From a virus (Duplodnaviria; Caudoviricetes), in the IMG/VR virus record IMGVR_UViG_3300044742_000189, positions 1 through 57,784 of that record: a stretch of 57,784 nt of DNA; one strand, written 5' to 3'. The notes below the pieces were generated by a model that searched no databases, was not told where the DNA came from, and was given only the letters and a program-made list of their open reading frames with translations. Both the position numbers and the translations under genes were made by a program. Within the stretch, counting starts at the first letter, position 1; every line of letters starts with the position of its first letter. This document shows, piece after piece, positions 9,146-17,353 of this stretch.

Positions 9146-9814
9146 TTATTTCATCGACTTACAGCTGCCGGCAAGCTTCGGGTCACAGCCCTTGACGGCG
9201 CTTTCCGGCGCGTCGTCAAAAAGAACTGGCACCAAGTTCGGGCCGAGCTTGAAATTGACGCCGAGGCGGATGCTATCGCCACGCACGTCAACACCAGGTC
9301 CGAAAGCGTCCTTCTCCACCCAGAGATGGGTATAGCGAAAGTCGAGGCTTGCTGGTGTCTTGGGAATTTTGACCTCAATACCAGCGCCCATTCCCCAGCT
9401 GTCCAGATGATCGCCAGAGCCGAGAATGCGGGTCCATTGGCCAAGTGCGTAGACGAGCGCATTCTGCGTCGGGAGGACGCCGAGGCGACCACCAACCGTT
9501 ACGGTGTTGTCGATGCCGAACTTGTGCAGGTCACCCCACACGTAATCGCCCTCGAGAAAGACGCCGGCCACGAGGGCCTGCATCTGGTAATCACAGAACA
9601 GGCTGACGCCGGCTGATTGGCCGGTCATGCTGAGCCCAACAGGGCCGCCAGCCGATGCGCCACCTTCAATCAGAGCGCCATGCACGCCCGCGCCGCAACC
9701 GGTCCAAGATGTGCCGGCCTTCGCCTTGCTGGCCGAGTACGTCAGGAACAGGAGCGCCGCAGATAGGCAGACCACGAAGGCTGCCCAGAATTTTCTATCC
9801 TTTAGCATATGCAT
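9146..9814 (-). CDS. Omp25/Omp31/RopB-like outer-membrane beta-barrel protein
   Basis: Signal peptide; SWTGCGAGVHG, CDYQ...VAGV, GRLGV...LVY, WGMGAGIE and IRLGVNFKL strands. Confidence 0.85.
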   Translation of the reverse strand: MHMLKDRKFWAAFVVCLSAALLFLTYSASKAKAGTSWTGCGAGVHGALIEGGASAGGPVGLSMTGQSAGVSLFCDYQMQALVAGVFLEGDYVWGDLHKFGIDNTVTVGGRLGVLPTQNALVYALGQWTRILGSGDHLDSWGMGAGIEVKIPKTPASLDFRYTHLWVEKDAFGPGVDVRGDSIRLGVNFKLGPNLVPVLFDDAPESAVKGCDPKLAGSCKSMK

Positions 9815-9889
9815 CGTTACGTCTCCTTAGCGTTGGTTGTGAACAGCTGATCGAACGCACTGAGACGCAACGGAAACTCAGGAAGGAAA

Positions 9890-10222
9890 TCAGCCGGCGA
9901 TGCCGATCATTTCCGGTCTGGCGTCGCCCTCTTGCTTATCTTCTGCTCCCGGAAGAGCCGAGGTCAGGACTAGGGCCGTGTCTGGCCCGTCTAGCTCGTC
10001 ATCGAGAATTGGAACACCACTGATAGCGCATCGGATAACGATGCCATTCTCATCGACCGCCAAGAGGAGCCCCCGCTCTTCGTAGGCGGCAAAAGCATCG
10101 TCGCGCCGACGGAAGTCGCTTTCGGTTGAATCCGAGGACATGGCCTCTTCTAGTGTCATATATTCCTCGTACAGCCTCGCGGCCTCTCGCCTTGCTTCCA
10201 TGTCAGATAGGGTCATCGCCAC
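9890..10222 (-). CDS. Hypothetical protein
   Basis: Acidic 110-aa ORF with AAGGAG SD. Confidence 0.6.
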   Translation of the reverse strand: MAMTLSDMEARREAARLYEEYMTLEEAMSSDSTESDFRRRDDAFAAYEERGLLLAVDENGIVIRCAISGVPILDDELDGPDTALVLTSALPGAEDKQEGDARPEMIGIAG

Positions 10223-10902
10223 GTCGCTCCTTTCAAAACAATGTCGGCAAGCTCGTTCCTGCGCTTGAGCATGGCGTCACCGACGTTACTCACAAGATCT
10301 CTCATGGCTCCAAGTGCCCGCAGATCGCTGCTGCCGTTTCCGCGCACGGCTAGAGCATAGGCTTCGTCAAAGTCTTTGGCCTCTCGCTTGCACCACTCAA
10401 GCTCGGCGACCATTTGCTCCGGTACCTTGCTAGATTTGCGATATGCGATCTTGTCCGTTGCAGAAGGCATCCTGCGGTGCTTGCGAACGAACGTGTGCAG
10501 CGTGCCGATCCAGCCTTCCTTGGCTGCCTGGATGCAGAGCGGGTTTTTTCTGTTGAGAGCTATATCGTTGGCGAAGTCGTCCTCTCTCCAGTCCATCAGG
10601 TATGGCTCTGGAGTTTTGGTCGCGAACGCCATCGTGCCCGCGTTGCTTTCCGCAAAAATAGCGCCTCGGGCGTCCTTGCAGTACCGGATGCATTCCGCGA
10701 CGGTTGGAGTCTTTCGCTCCTCAGTCGTCAGGCCGCGCGTTTGAATAATTTTATGTGCGGCGCGATTGAGCACATCCGCATCGAAGCCTCCGAGCTCGCG
10801 GACCATGTCCTCGGTCCATGAATTCTTCTGGGCGTCATCCCATCTGAAGCTGGGGGGAAACCGCTGAATGATGCGATCGATGAAGTCCGTTAGGGCGCTC
10901 AT
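10213..10902 (-). CDS. Hypothetical protein downstream of the initiator (possible helicase-loader position)
   Basis: ATGA-coupled to rep; function inferred from position only. Confidence 0.6.
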   Translation of the reverse strand: MSALTDFIDRIIQRFPPSFRWDDAQKNSWTEDMVRELGGFDADVLNRAAHKIIQTRGLTTEERKTPTVAECIRYCKDARGAIFAESNAGTMAFATKTPEPYLMDWREDDFANDIALNRKNPLCIQAAKEGWIGTLHTFVRKHRRMPSATDKIAYRKSSKVPEQMVAELEWCKREAKDFDEAYALAVRGNGSSDLRALGAMRDLVSNVGDAMLKRRNELADIVLKGATWR

Positions 10903-11924
10903 ACCCGGTGGCCCTCCCTCTTGAGTTTCGCCTCTGCCTGCTCAGCGAACCGGCGAATGCTCTCTCGGGTGGACTCTTTCGGCGTCCCGGCAGCCTTCGC
11001 GGTTCTGGCTACCCGGCTATCCTTGATCTTCTGCGCGGTTCCGATCAGGTATTTGTAGGGCTTAGGGATCACGCCGCCGGCCATTTCAGCCACCGTGATC
11101 GTGTACGCCTCCATCATCGCATCGGGGCCATAAACCCTAATGTTTGAGGAAAGCATCCGCCTGGCTTCCGCTTCCTCAATGATGCCGCCCGCGTACTTGC
11201 CGATGAATGCGAGCAGATCGACCGCTGTCCCATTCAAAATATCGAGGTAATCACCACCACTACGCGCAGCGTCAGACTCGACGCCTGTGGTAGTATTCTT
11301 TCTTTCTTCTTCTAGCTTCTGGATTCTAGATTCTAGATTAGTGCCAGAGCTGTGGTCGCCTTGTGCCACAGCTGTGCTACCTGCATTCAATGATTTCAAC
11401 GGGTTAGGTGGGGTCGACTGGGGTGGTGGTCCATTGTGCACTGGGGGGGATACCCTAGCCCCGACTGGGGGGGTCAGGGCGGGGGTCGCAAGGGGGGTCG
11501 GGGTGGGGGTGGACTTTCGCCGTCTCTCTATTTCAGCCTCAACAGCATTGGCGAGTTGTATAGCCCTGCGCGCGTCTTCGCGATCCCTCGCAGCCTTTGA
11601 CCGCGCGACATGCTCCATCCGGTATTTGTCGATTTCCTCCTGCACCCGCTCGTTGAACAGAATGCCCTGGGCGCGAATTACCTTCCCCTTTGAGATGAGG
11701 GAGTCCATGACCTTGCGGAACTTGTTGACGTGCACGTTAAGAAGGTTCGCCGCCTTCGGGTAATCGTCCGGAAGCGCCTTCCCGGTGTCGTAGTGGAACA
11801 TGCATAGTCGGATATAGAGCCCTTCCTCTTCTAGGTTCAGCACCAGGCATCCGGTTCGCCAGTCGCTGGGAAAGAACTTGGTGAAGGTCATGCCGCCGCG
11901 CGGCGCATATGTTTCCGTGATCAT
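10899..11924 (-). CDS. Replication initiator, DUF1376/YdaU family
   Basis: FFPSDWRTGCLVLNLEEEGLYIRL...YDTGKALPDD N-terminus; low-complexity linker with repeats. Confidence 0.85.
   Translation of the reverse strand: MITETYAPRGGMTFTKFFPSDWRTGCLVLNLEEEGLYIRLCMFHYDTGKALPDDYPKAANLLNVHVNKFRKVMDSLISKGKVIRAQGILFNERVQEEIDKYRMEHVARSKAARDREDARRAIQLANAVEAEIERRRKSTPTPTPLATPALTPPVGARVSPPVHNGPPPQSTPPNPLKSLNAGSTAVAQGDHSSGTNLESRIQKLEEERKNTTTGVESDAARSGGDYLDILNGTAVDLLAFIGKYAGGIIEEAEARRMLSSNIRVYGPDAMMEAYTITVAEMAGGVIPKPYKYLIGTAQKIKDSRVARTAKAAGTPKESTRESIRRFAEQAEAKLKREGHRV
11291..11515. repeat. Putative replication origin inside the rep gene: 12-bp-periodic GGGGGTC-type repeats next to an AT-rich TTCTAG(A) repeat tract
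   Basis: Four units at about 11468..11515; TTCTAGC/TTCTGGA/TTCTAGA/TTCTAGA at about 11309..11337; lambda O-like position. Confidence 0.55.
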
Positions 11925-12133
11925 GCCGCCACCTCGTGGGTGCCGGGGTCGCGTGTGAAGATGGCAAGCAGAATACGCTGCTCGCGGTTTGGGCGGCTGG
12001 TAGACGACGCCCGAACGATCGAACGGACTAGCTCCCCTGTCTCACGTAGAGACAGTTTGGACGATGTGGCACGCCATGCAGTTAGATCGATGTCAATGCC
12101 GTCTATTTGCGGGGCGATCGACTTCTTACGCAT
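11921..12133 (-). CDS. Small protein resembling a DUF1376 N-terminal fragment
   Basis: IDLTAWRATSSKLSLRETGELVR resembles the rep N-terminus. Confidence 0.45.
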   Translation of the reverse strand: MRKKSIAPQIDGIDIDLTAWRATSSKLSLRETGELVRSIVRASSTSRPNREQRILLAIFTRDPGTHEVAA

Positions 12134-12521
12134 GACGCGCCTCCATCACGGAGAGGCTGCGTACCGGACCAATGAACTCGCTGGTGCCCTTGTTGCTATT
12201 GCACACGAGGCAAGCGCGAGTGACGTTGGCTGGATCGTATGTGCCGCCATGCAAGCGCGGAACGATGCGATCAACCGCCGCACCAGACGCGCAGCCGCAA
12301 TACTCACAGCAATTGAATGCTGCGCGCACACGGCGGCGAATGGACTTAGGACATGCCTTATGCTTGCGAGGCTTTGACGGTTTCCATCCATGCAGCTCGG
12401 GATAGGTGAATGGTATTCCCTCTGCGATTTGGACGGCGATCTGGCGCGCTAGGGGGCTAACAAGCCCGTCGCTCCTTGTGCGCAACCTCTTGACAACTTG
12501 TGGGCTTCTGTTAATGTCCAT
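12126..12521 (-). CDS. HNH endonuclease-like protein with catalytic His replaced by Arg
   Basis: CEYCG...VDRIVP...GGT...NVTRACLVCNSNKG; GAAGGA SD before ATG 12521. Confidence 0.8.
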   Translation of the reverse strand: MDINRSPQVVKRLRTRSDGLVSPLARQIAVQIAEGIPFTYPELHGWKPSKPRKHKACPKSIRRRVRAAFNCCEYCGCASGAAVDRIVPRLHGGTYDPANVTRACLVCNSNKGTSEFIGPVRSLSVMEARHA

Positions 12522-12612
12522 CTGTTTTCCTTCGTATGTGGGTCGATGCAACCGACCTACTCAGCACTCGGGCAGTTCCGAAACCTCGCCGTGGCTGGCG
12601 GGGTTTCGCATT

Positions 12613-13569
12613 TCACGACACAGCTCTAAGGTGCCCATTCGCACGCATTGGTGATACCGCCACGATGCGCCGGCCGCGCCTTACTCGTTTGATGTCGCCC
12701 TGACTTTGGATGGTCGCCAGCCACTTGCTGGCTTGACCCTTATCCACACCCCATCTTTGGGCATATTCGGTGGTGCAAATCTCACGGCCGCGAGCACAGT
12801 CGCTCAGAACGTCGGTTTTGGCTTGGGCGAAGGAGAGTTGCCGCAAGGTTGCCGATAACCGTCGGTTGGTTTCTTGGGGTGAATGGGGCCACAAAAGAGC
12901 GCTCAAAAACGGCCCCAAAAGCTCCCCGACAACCAATAGAATTGGCAGGGCCGCAATTGATAGAGCTTGGGCCTTGTCTGTATCTACACCTAGGAGGTTT
13001 TTGGCGACCTCGGCTCGTGGATCGACGACGATGACATCGGATGACTCGGCCACTTGGAGCGTGACTGGTTTCTGGCTCAGCGCTTCGATGCGCGAGAGAA
13101 CGTCATCCTTGTCTTTCTTGGCGGCTGTCGTGTAGGTGCGGAACAGTTCAGTGCGCAGCTCCTTGCGTTCATCCAAGGTTAGTTTGTTCTGGATTGCGGC
13201 GGTGTCCTCGGCGTTCCTGCGGCGGGCCTCGGCGGGCTTGGTTTTCGAGTACACCTGCCACCCCGCATAACCCGTTGAATTGCTGACGGTATACCCGACA
13301 AAGCAAACGGCTATCGCCATCATGACAATAGCGCCAACCCAGCCCAGAAAGGTACGCCGCTCGGCCAGCAGCCCGGCACCGAACGCGAACAACCCGCCAA
13401 TGATCGATAGAGCAACGACGGCGCCGCCCTGCACCCACCAGCCCTCGTCGTCGACCGTCATGCGCTGGGCATAGCGGACACTCATGTACCCATGGACAAG
13501 TGCGGCAACGCATGCCGCAACGCCAAGCGCGAAACAAAAAACCTTCATTCTTGTTGCGCTGCCGTTCAC
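12613..13569 (-). CDS. Multi-pass membrane protein with C-terminal winged-HTH-like segment
   Basis: Three N-terminal TMs plus a fourth; YAQRWGVDKGQASKWL...GDIKRVRRGR. Confidence 0.65.
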   Translation of the reverse strand: MNGSATRMKVFCFALGVAACVAALVHGYMSVRYAQRMTVDDEGWWVQGGAVVALSIIGGLFAFGAGLLAERRTFLGWVGAIVMMAIAVCFVGYTVSNSTGYAGWQVYSKTKPAEARRRNAEDTAAIQNKLTLDERKELRTELFRTYTTAAKKDKDDVLSRIEALSQKPVTLQVAESSDVIVVDPRAEVAKNLLGVDTDKAQALSIAALPILLVVGELLGPFLSALLWPHSPQETNRRLSATLRQLSFAQAKTDVLSDCARGREICTTEYAQRWGVDKGQASKWLATIQSQGDIKRVRRGRRIVAVSPMRANGHLRAVS

Positions 13570-14240
13570 GCGACGGTCTCCGTGGCGTCGAATTCAGCAA
13601 GTGCCAAGATCCTGCCCGTCATCTGGGGGGCGCTGGAGTGGAGCGGATTAGGCAGCCGCGACGGCGGCTGTGGCGGCTGATACGCCCTGGCGCAGTGGTG
13701 CGGGCAGTAGGGCAAACCAGAACCGGCGGTTTTCTTCCCGTTGCAGAAATGGAAATCCGGCGATTGGGGGTCGCCTATAGGCCATCGACACGCCGTAGCG
13801 TCCATTGCGTCATTGGCGCATAGCTGGCCCTTGGCATTGCGAACCAAGATGCCCCTGCGCTCGTCGAGCGGAACGACGATGTCGGGCTCGCTCAAGAGGG
13901 CAAGAAGCTCTTCTCTGAGCCTCGCCTCTGTCGCGGCGTGCTCGGCGAACGAGGCTACTGGTGCGGCGCCGCGCAGCCTACGACGGCCGTTGATTTGGGC
14001 CAGTTTGGCTGCCTTACGCGCCTCGGATAGCCCGCGGGATATGCGCTTTCCTGTCGGACCCAGCCGACGCGCGTTTCGATGGTGGGTGATCCTCCCCGAC
14101 AAGCCGAGGCGATGCACCTTCCCTATGACCGCCATTCTCGAGATCCCGCCACCTAGACGGCGCGCGATCTGGCTACCGGAATAGCCGGCCGCCCAATCTT
14201 GTTTAAGTAGTTGAACGCGCTCTTCTGTCCATGCAGCCAC
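13566..14240 (-). CDS. gcrA: GcrA-family cell-cycle regulator
   Basis: WTEERVQLLKQDWAAGYSGSQIA...SRMAVIGKVHRLGL HTH and CRWPIGDP...FHFC...PYCPHH C-terminal domain. Confidence 0.93.
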   Translation of the reverse strand: MAAWTEERVQLLKQDWAAGYSGSQIARRLGGGISRMAVIGKVHRLGLSGRITHHRNARRLGPTGKRISRGLSEARKAAKLAQINGRRRLRGAAPVASFAEHAATEARLREELLALLSEPDIVVPLDERRGILVRNAKGQLCANDAMDATACRWPIGDPQSPDFHFCNGKKTAGSGLPYCPHHCARAYQPPQPPSRLPNPLHSSAPQMTGRILALAEFDATETVA

Positions 14241-14294
14241 GACGTAGCCCCCGCTGTGATGTGGTGGTTACGCAACTCGACGAACACAGAAGAT

Positions 14295-14549
14295 TTACGC
14301 TGCCGCTTGAGCGCGCCCGCGACGGCGCCCCTTCTCACTCTGTAGGCGCTCGGCGATACGGTTGGCCTGGTAAATTTGGTCGACCGTCCGGCCGCTAAGC
14401 TCCATGATCATCGGCCAATGGTCCTCAGGGATGCCGTTTCGGTACCACTTGAAGACGGCCTCGTTTGTTACCGCAGAGGCCGTCCTCTGAGACGCCCTCG
14501 AAACAGCTATGGCTCCGCCGCAGTCCTTGATGATCTCGCGAACAGTCAT
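14295..14549 (-). CDS. cro: Cro-like HTH regulator
   Basis: IIKDCGGAIAVSR...TNEAVFKWYRNGIP; divergent from cI. Confidence 0.8.
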   Translation of the reverse strand: MTVREIIKDCGGAIAVSRASQRTASAVTNEAVFKWYRNGIPEDHWPMIMELSGRTVDQIYQANRIAERLQSEKGRRRGRAQAAA

Positions 14550-14555
14550 AGTTGT

Positions 14556-14584
14556 AGTGTATGGAAGTAAAATCCACTTTGCAA
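14556..14584 (-). promoter_or_regulatory. Leftward lytic promoter TTGCAA-17-TACACT with operator TGGAAGTAAAATCCA (14562..14576) in the spacer
   Basis: 17-nt spacer; -10 box 6 nt upstream of the cro ATG; operator matches the copies at 15302 and 15342. Confidence 0.8.
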
Positions 14585-14634
14585 GCTGCTTTTTTCCGTT
14601 ATGGTGGAAGTGTTGCGCTGATACGCTCGCGGTC

Positions 14635-15252
14635 ATGGAATGGCATGCTCGGTTGCTGCAGCGCATCAAAGACCTAGGCTGGCCCAAAGTGGAACTCGCC
14701 CGGCGAGCCGGCCTAGACAAAGATCGGCTGTATAAGTGGTTGCGGGGCGGGGTCGATCATCCGCGCGGCGATGTTCTTGAGCGGCTGGCGAAAGCGGTCG
14801 GCTGGACGGAACACTTTCTGCTTTACGGCGTAGAACTGGACCAGAGTGATGATCGACTGCCCTTCTATTCGTGGGGGGAATTGAAAATGTTGGATGTTGT
14901 TAGGCGTAACAGCGCCGAGGCGGTTGGCATGCTGAAGCCAAATAATGATGTGGGGCCAGACGCTTTCTATACGACAGCGCCAGACAACAGCAACGCGCCC
15001 GGCATCATGACTGGAGATCGGTTGCTTTGTGATCCGGCCAAGCCGGCCGCGCCCGGCGTCTTCGTTATCGCCAAGGTGGTCGGCCATGCCGACCCCATCC
15101 TCGCCCGCTACAAAGTCAAGAAGACCAAAGGCGGCAAGCCGATAGCGGTCGATCTCGTTCCAGACAATGATAAGTTCGAAACCGTCGAGGTGCGGCGGAT
15201 GGCGGACATGCAAATTCTGGGGCGTGTCGTCTACAGAACGCACCCTATCTAG
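14635..15252 (+). CDS. cI: CI-like repressor (XRE HTH + S24 peptidase-like domain)
   Basis: LGWPKVELARRAGL...KWLRG HTH; DNSNAPGIMTGDRLLCDP...ILGRVV S24 fold. Confidence 0.9.
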   Translation: MEWHARLLQRIKDLGWPKVELARRAGLDKDRLYKWLRGGVDHPRGDVLERLAKAVGWTEHFLLYGVELDQSDDRLPFYSWGELKMLDVVRRNSAEAVGMLKPNNDVGPDAFYTTAPDNSNAPGIMTGDRLLCDPAKPAAPGVFVIAKVVGHADPILARYKVKKTKGGKPIAVDLVPDNDKFETVEVRRMADMQILGRVVYRTHPI

Positions 15253-15301
15253 GGCCGTACCCCCCCCCCCCGCGTGGCCGTTTTGTCACTACAAAAATAA
15301 T

Positions 15302-15356
15302 TGGAACTAATTTCCAGATTGTTGTTGACACGTCTGCGATATGGAATTAAATTCCA
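15302..15356 (+). promoter_or_regulatory. Rightward early promoter TTGACA(15325)-17-TAAATT with two TGGAA-N5-TTCCA operators (15302..15316, 15342..15356)
   Basis: Consensus -35 box, 17-nt spacer, two dyad operators. Confidence 0.85.
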
Positions 15357-15463
15357 GATCGTCACTGAGCGCAGACGCCCCGCAACCTCAACACAAAGCG
15401 GCTACGCGCACTCAGGCAGGGCGGCTCGCTCGGTGACACTGGTTTCAGCCGGGAGAGATCGCA

Positions 15464-15763
15464 TTGGCAACCAAACCAAAATCCAACGGCGACCGCGCGG
15501 TGCTCGTGACAACCGCGCATCGTGGCGTGTTCTTCGGTTACGCCCGTGAGACGGGCGGCGCCACCATCAAACTGCGCGCCGCCCGCAATTGCCTCTCCTG
15601 GCCGAGCGAGAATAAAGGCTTCATCGGTCTTGCTGCATTGGGTCCGATGAGTGGCGCCCGCGTCGGACCTGCTGCCGACATCGAGGTTCGCGACATCACC
15701 TGCGTGGCCGAATGCACGCCCGCCGCCGTTGAAGCATGGGAGCGCGCACCGTGGACCAAGTAA
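15464..15763 (+). CDS. DUF6948-like protein
   Basis: AVLVTTAHRGVFFG...IKLRAARNCLSW...LAALGP; this family commonly precedes Gly-Tyr repeat genes. Confidence 0.7.
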   Translation: MATKPKSNGDRAVLVTTAHRGVFFGYARETGGATIKLRAARNCLSWPSENKGFIGLAALGPMSGARVGPAADIEVRDITCVAECTPAAVEAWERAPWTK

Positions 15764-16284
15764 CCATTGTGAGGGGCGACGCCCCGAATGGCTATGGCTC
15801 TGGCTATGGCGATGGCGGCTATGGCGATGGCTCTGGCTCTGGCTCTGGCTATGGCTATGGCTCTGGCTATGGCGATGGCTATGGCGATGGCTCTGGCGGC
15901 TATGGCGATGGCTCTGGCTCTGGCTATGGCTATGGCTCGGTCGAGTATTGGGCTGCGTGCGTCGATTACTTGGCGCGCGCGTGGCCTGACGGTCTACGCG
16001 CGCGCCTCACCGATCTGCGCAAGGCCCGGGCAACGATCGCCTTTTGGCGATCGGACGCCAATGGCCGAGCCTGCAACGGCGGCAGCAACGCGCCCGTCAA
16101 ACCCGGCACCGTCGAGACAAGTCCGGGACCGCTCTCGCTCTGCGCCGCGGGTACGCTGCACGCCACGCTGTTGCCGCCGAGGTGGCATGGCGAGCGCTGG
16201 TGGATCGTCGCCCTGATCGGCGAGGTGGTCGGCGACGGCGAGAAGTTTGGCGCGCTCAAGCGCGAGATCATCGGGGAGGTGTGA
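15751..16284 (+). CDS. Protein with Gly-Tyr-Gly-Asp/Ser repeat
   Basis: GYGSGYGDGG... tract followed by a globular domain; GGGAG SD before GTG. Confidence 0.75.
   Translation: MDQVTIVRGDAPNGYGSGYGDGGYGDGSGSGSGYGYGSGYGDGYGDGSGGYGDGSGSGYGYGSVEYWAACVDYLARAWPDGLRARLTDLRKARATIAFWRSDANGRACNGGSNAPVKPGTVETSPGPLSLCAAGTLHATLLPPRWHGERWWIVALIGEVVGDGEKFGALKREIIGEV
15790..15936 (+). repeat. Hexanucleotide GGC-(TAT/GAT/TCT) coding tandem repeat
   Basis: Directly visible. Confidence 0.95.
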
Positions 16285-16520
16285 TGTTCCGCTTCATCAT
16301 CGGCGGCAACCGCCGCAACGGCGAACAGATAGTCGAGGCTGCAACTCAATTCGAGGCGCGCAAACTCGCAATCATCAAAGATTTCCGCGCCGGCTACATG
16401 GATGAGGAGCTTCGCGTTTGCTGGGCCGAGCCATGGACCTGGGATCTGGCCTACGAATACGACCTCCTCCCCTACGAAGAGCACCCGCAATGGGTGGGGG
16501 TCTCGCCATGGATGGCCTGA
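16284..16520 (+). CDS. Hypothetical protein
   Basis: GGAGGT SD, TGATG coupling. Confidence 0.6.
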   Translation: MFRFIIGGNRRNGEQIVEAATQFEARKLAIIKDFRAGYMDEELRVCWAEPWTWDLAYEYDLLPYEEHPQWVGVSPWMA

Positions 16521-16774
16521 TCTTAAACCTCCTGTTTTTCGGACTGGGAACACTGTTCGGTGTCGTCCTTTTTGCCAGCGCGAGGGAGGGGAAATGAGAT
16601 GCTAGCCGAGCGGGCCCACAACATCCGCACGCTCGGCTGGCGCATGTGGCTTCGCTGCGAGGTCAGGAATATCGCGTTACGGTTTCAGCTTACCAGCAAC
16701 CAGATGGTTTTACCCGGTCTCGGGTCCGCCACGGGCGGCGGACGGTGTGGGCGCGAGATCGGTTTAGCGGGGGG

Positions 16775-16813
16775 TGGGGGTGAGTCAGATTCAGCGGTCT
16801 CGGCTCACCCCCA
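16775..16813 (+). terminator. GC-rich hairpin (terminator or processing site)
   Basis: TGGGGGTGAGTC...GGCTCACCCCCA stem; no clear U tract. Confidence 0.45.
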
Positions 16814-16841
16814 TTAACGCAGACGACAGGAGAAGGTTCCA

Positions 16842-17108
16842 ATGAAGTTTCTCATCGAGTGGGGCATGCACGGCTATGTCCAGTTCGCGGACGTGGTCGA
16901 GGCGGAAACCCTCCAGCAAGCGATCCGCATGGCCGACGAACAAGCCGAAGATCTGTGGGAGTCAAACAAGATCGCCACGGCGCGACCATTCAGGGACAAG
17001 CAAGAAGATGGACAGCCTACAGACAACGCTCTTCCAGGTAACGACGCTGTGCTTAGTGTGCGTATTGTTGGGTGTGGTTCTGGCAATGGTGGCTCGGTGA
17101 CGCCATGA
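16842..17108 (+). CDS. Hypothetical protein
   Basis: AGGAG SD plus ATG. Confidence 0.6.
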   Translation: MKFLIEWGMHGYVQFADVVEAETLQQAIRMADEQAEDLWESNKIATARPFRDKQEDGQPTDNALPGNDAVLSVRIVGCGSGNGGSVTP

Positions 17109-17353
17109 GCAACGTAAGCCAGCTCGCTGACCATCCGAAACGGAAGGACCTGACGGAGAAGATGCGAAAGCTGCGCGACGGCTTATGCGCCGGGCTAACA
17201 GCAGATCAAATCATCCAGCAGGAAGTGGACCGAGAGGCGCACATCATCGCCGCCGCCATGGATCGGATCGCTGGTTACACATTATCCAAGTCGGCGATGG
17301 TCGACGTCGTTGAGAAGCTGTTGCAAGCGAAGGTCGGAGGAGCGGTGAGATGA
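17105..17353 (+). CDS. Hypothetical protein
   Basis: ATGA-coupled at both ends. Confidence 0.6.
   Translation: MSNVSQLADHPKRKDLTEKMRKLRDGLCAGLTADQIIQQEVDREAHIIAAAMDRIAGYTLSKSAMVDVVEKLLQAKVGGAVR

Noticed and set aside
3958-12573. Identical 12-mer CAGCACTCGGGC at 3958 and 12562
   Set aside because: 12-bp matches are expected by chance in 58 kb of GC-rich DNA
15651-16216. (Trp-Leu)n and (Ala-Met)n ORFs
   Set aside because: Alternative frames of the GGC-NNT repeat; the Gly-Tyr frame has the SD and a globular continuation
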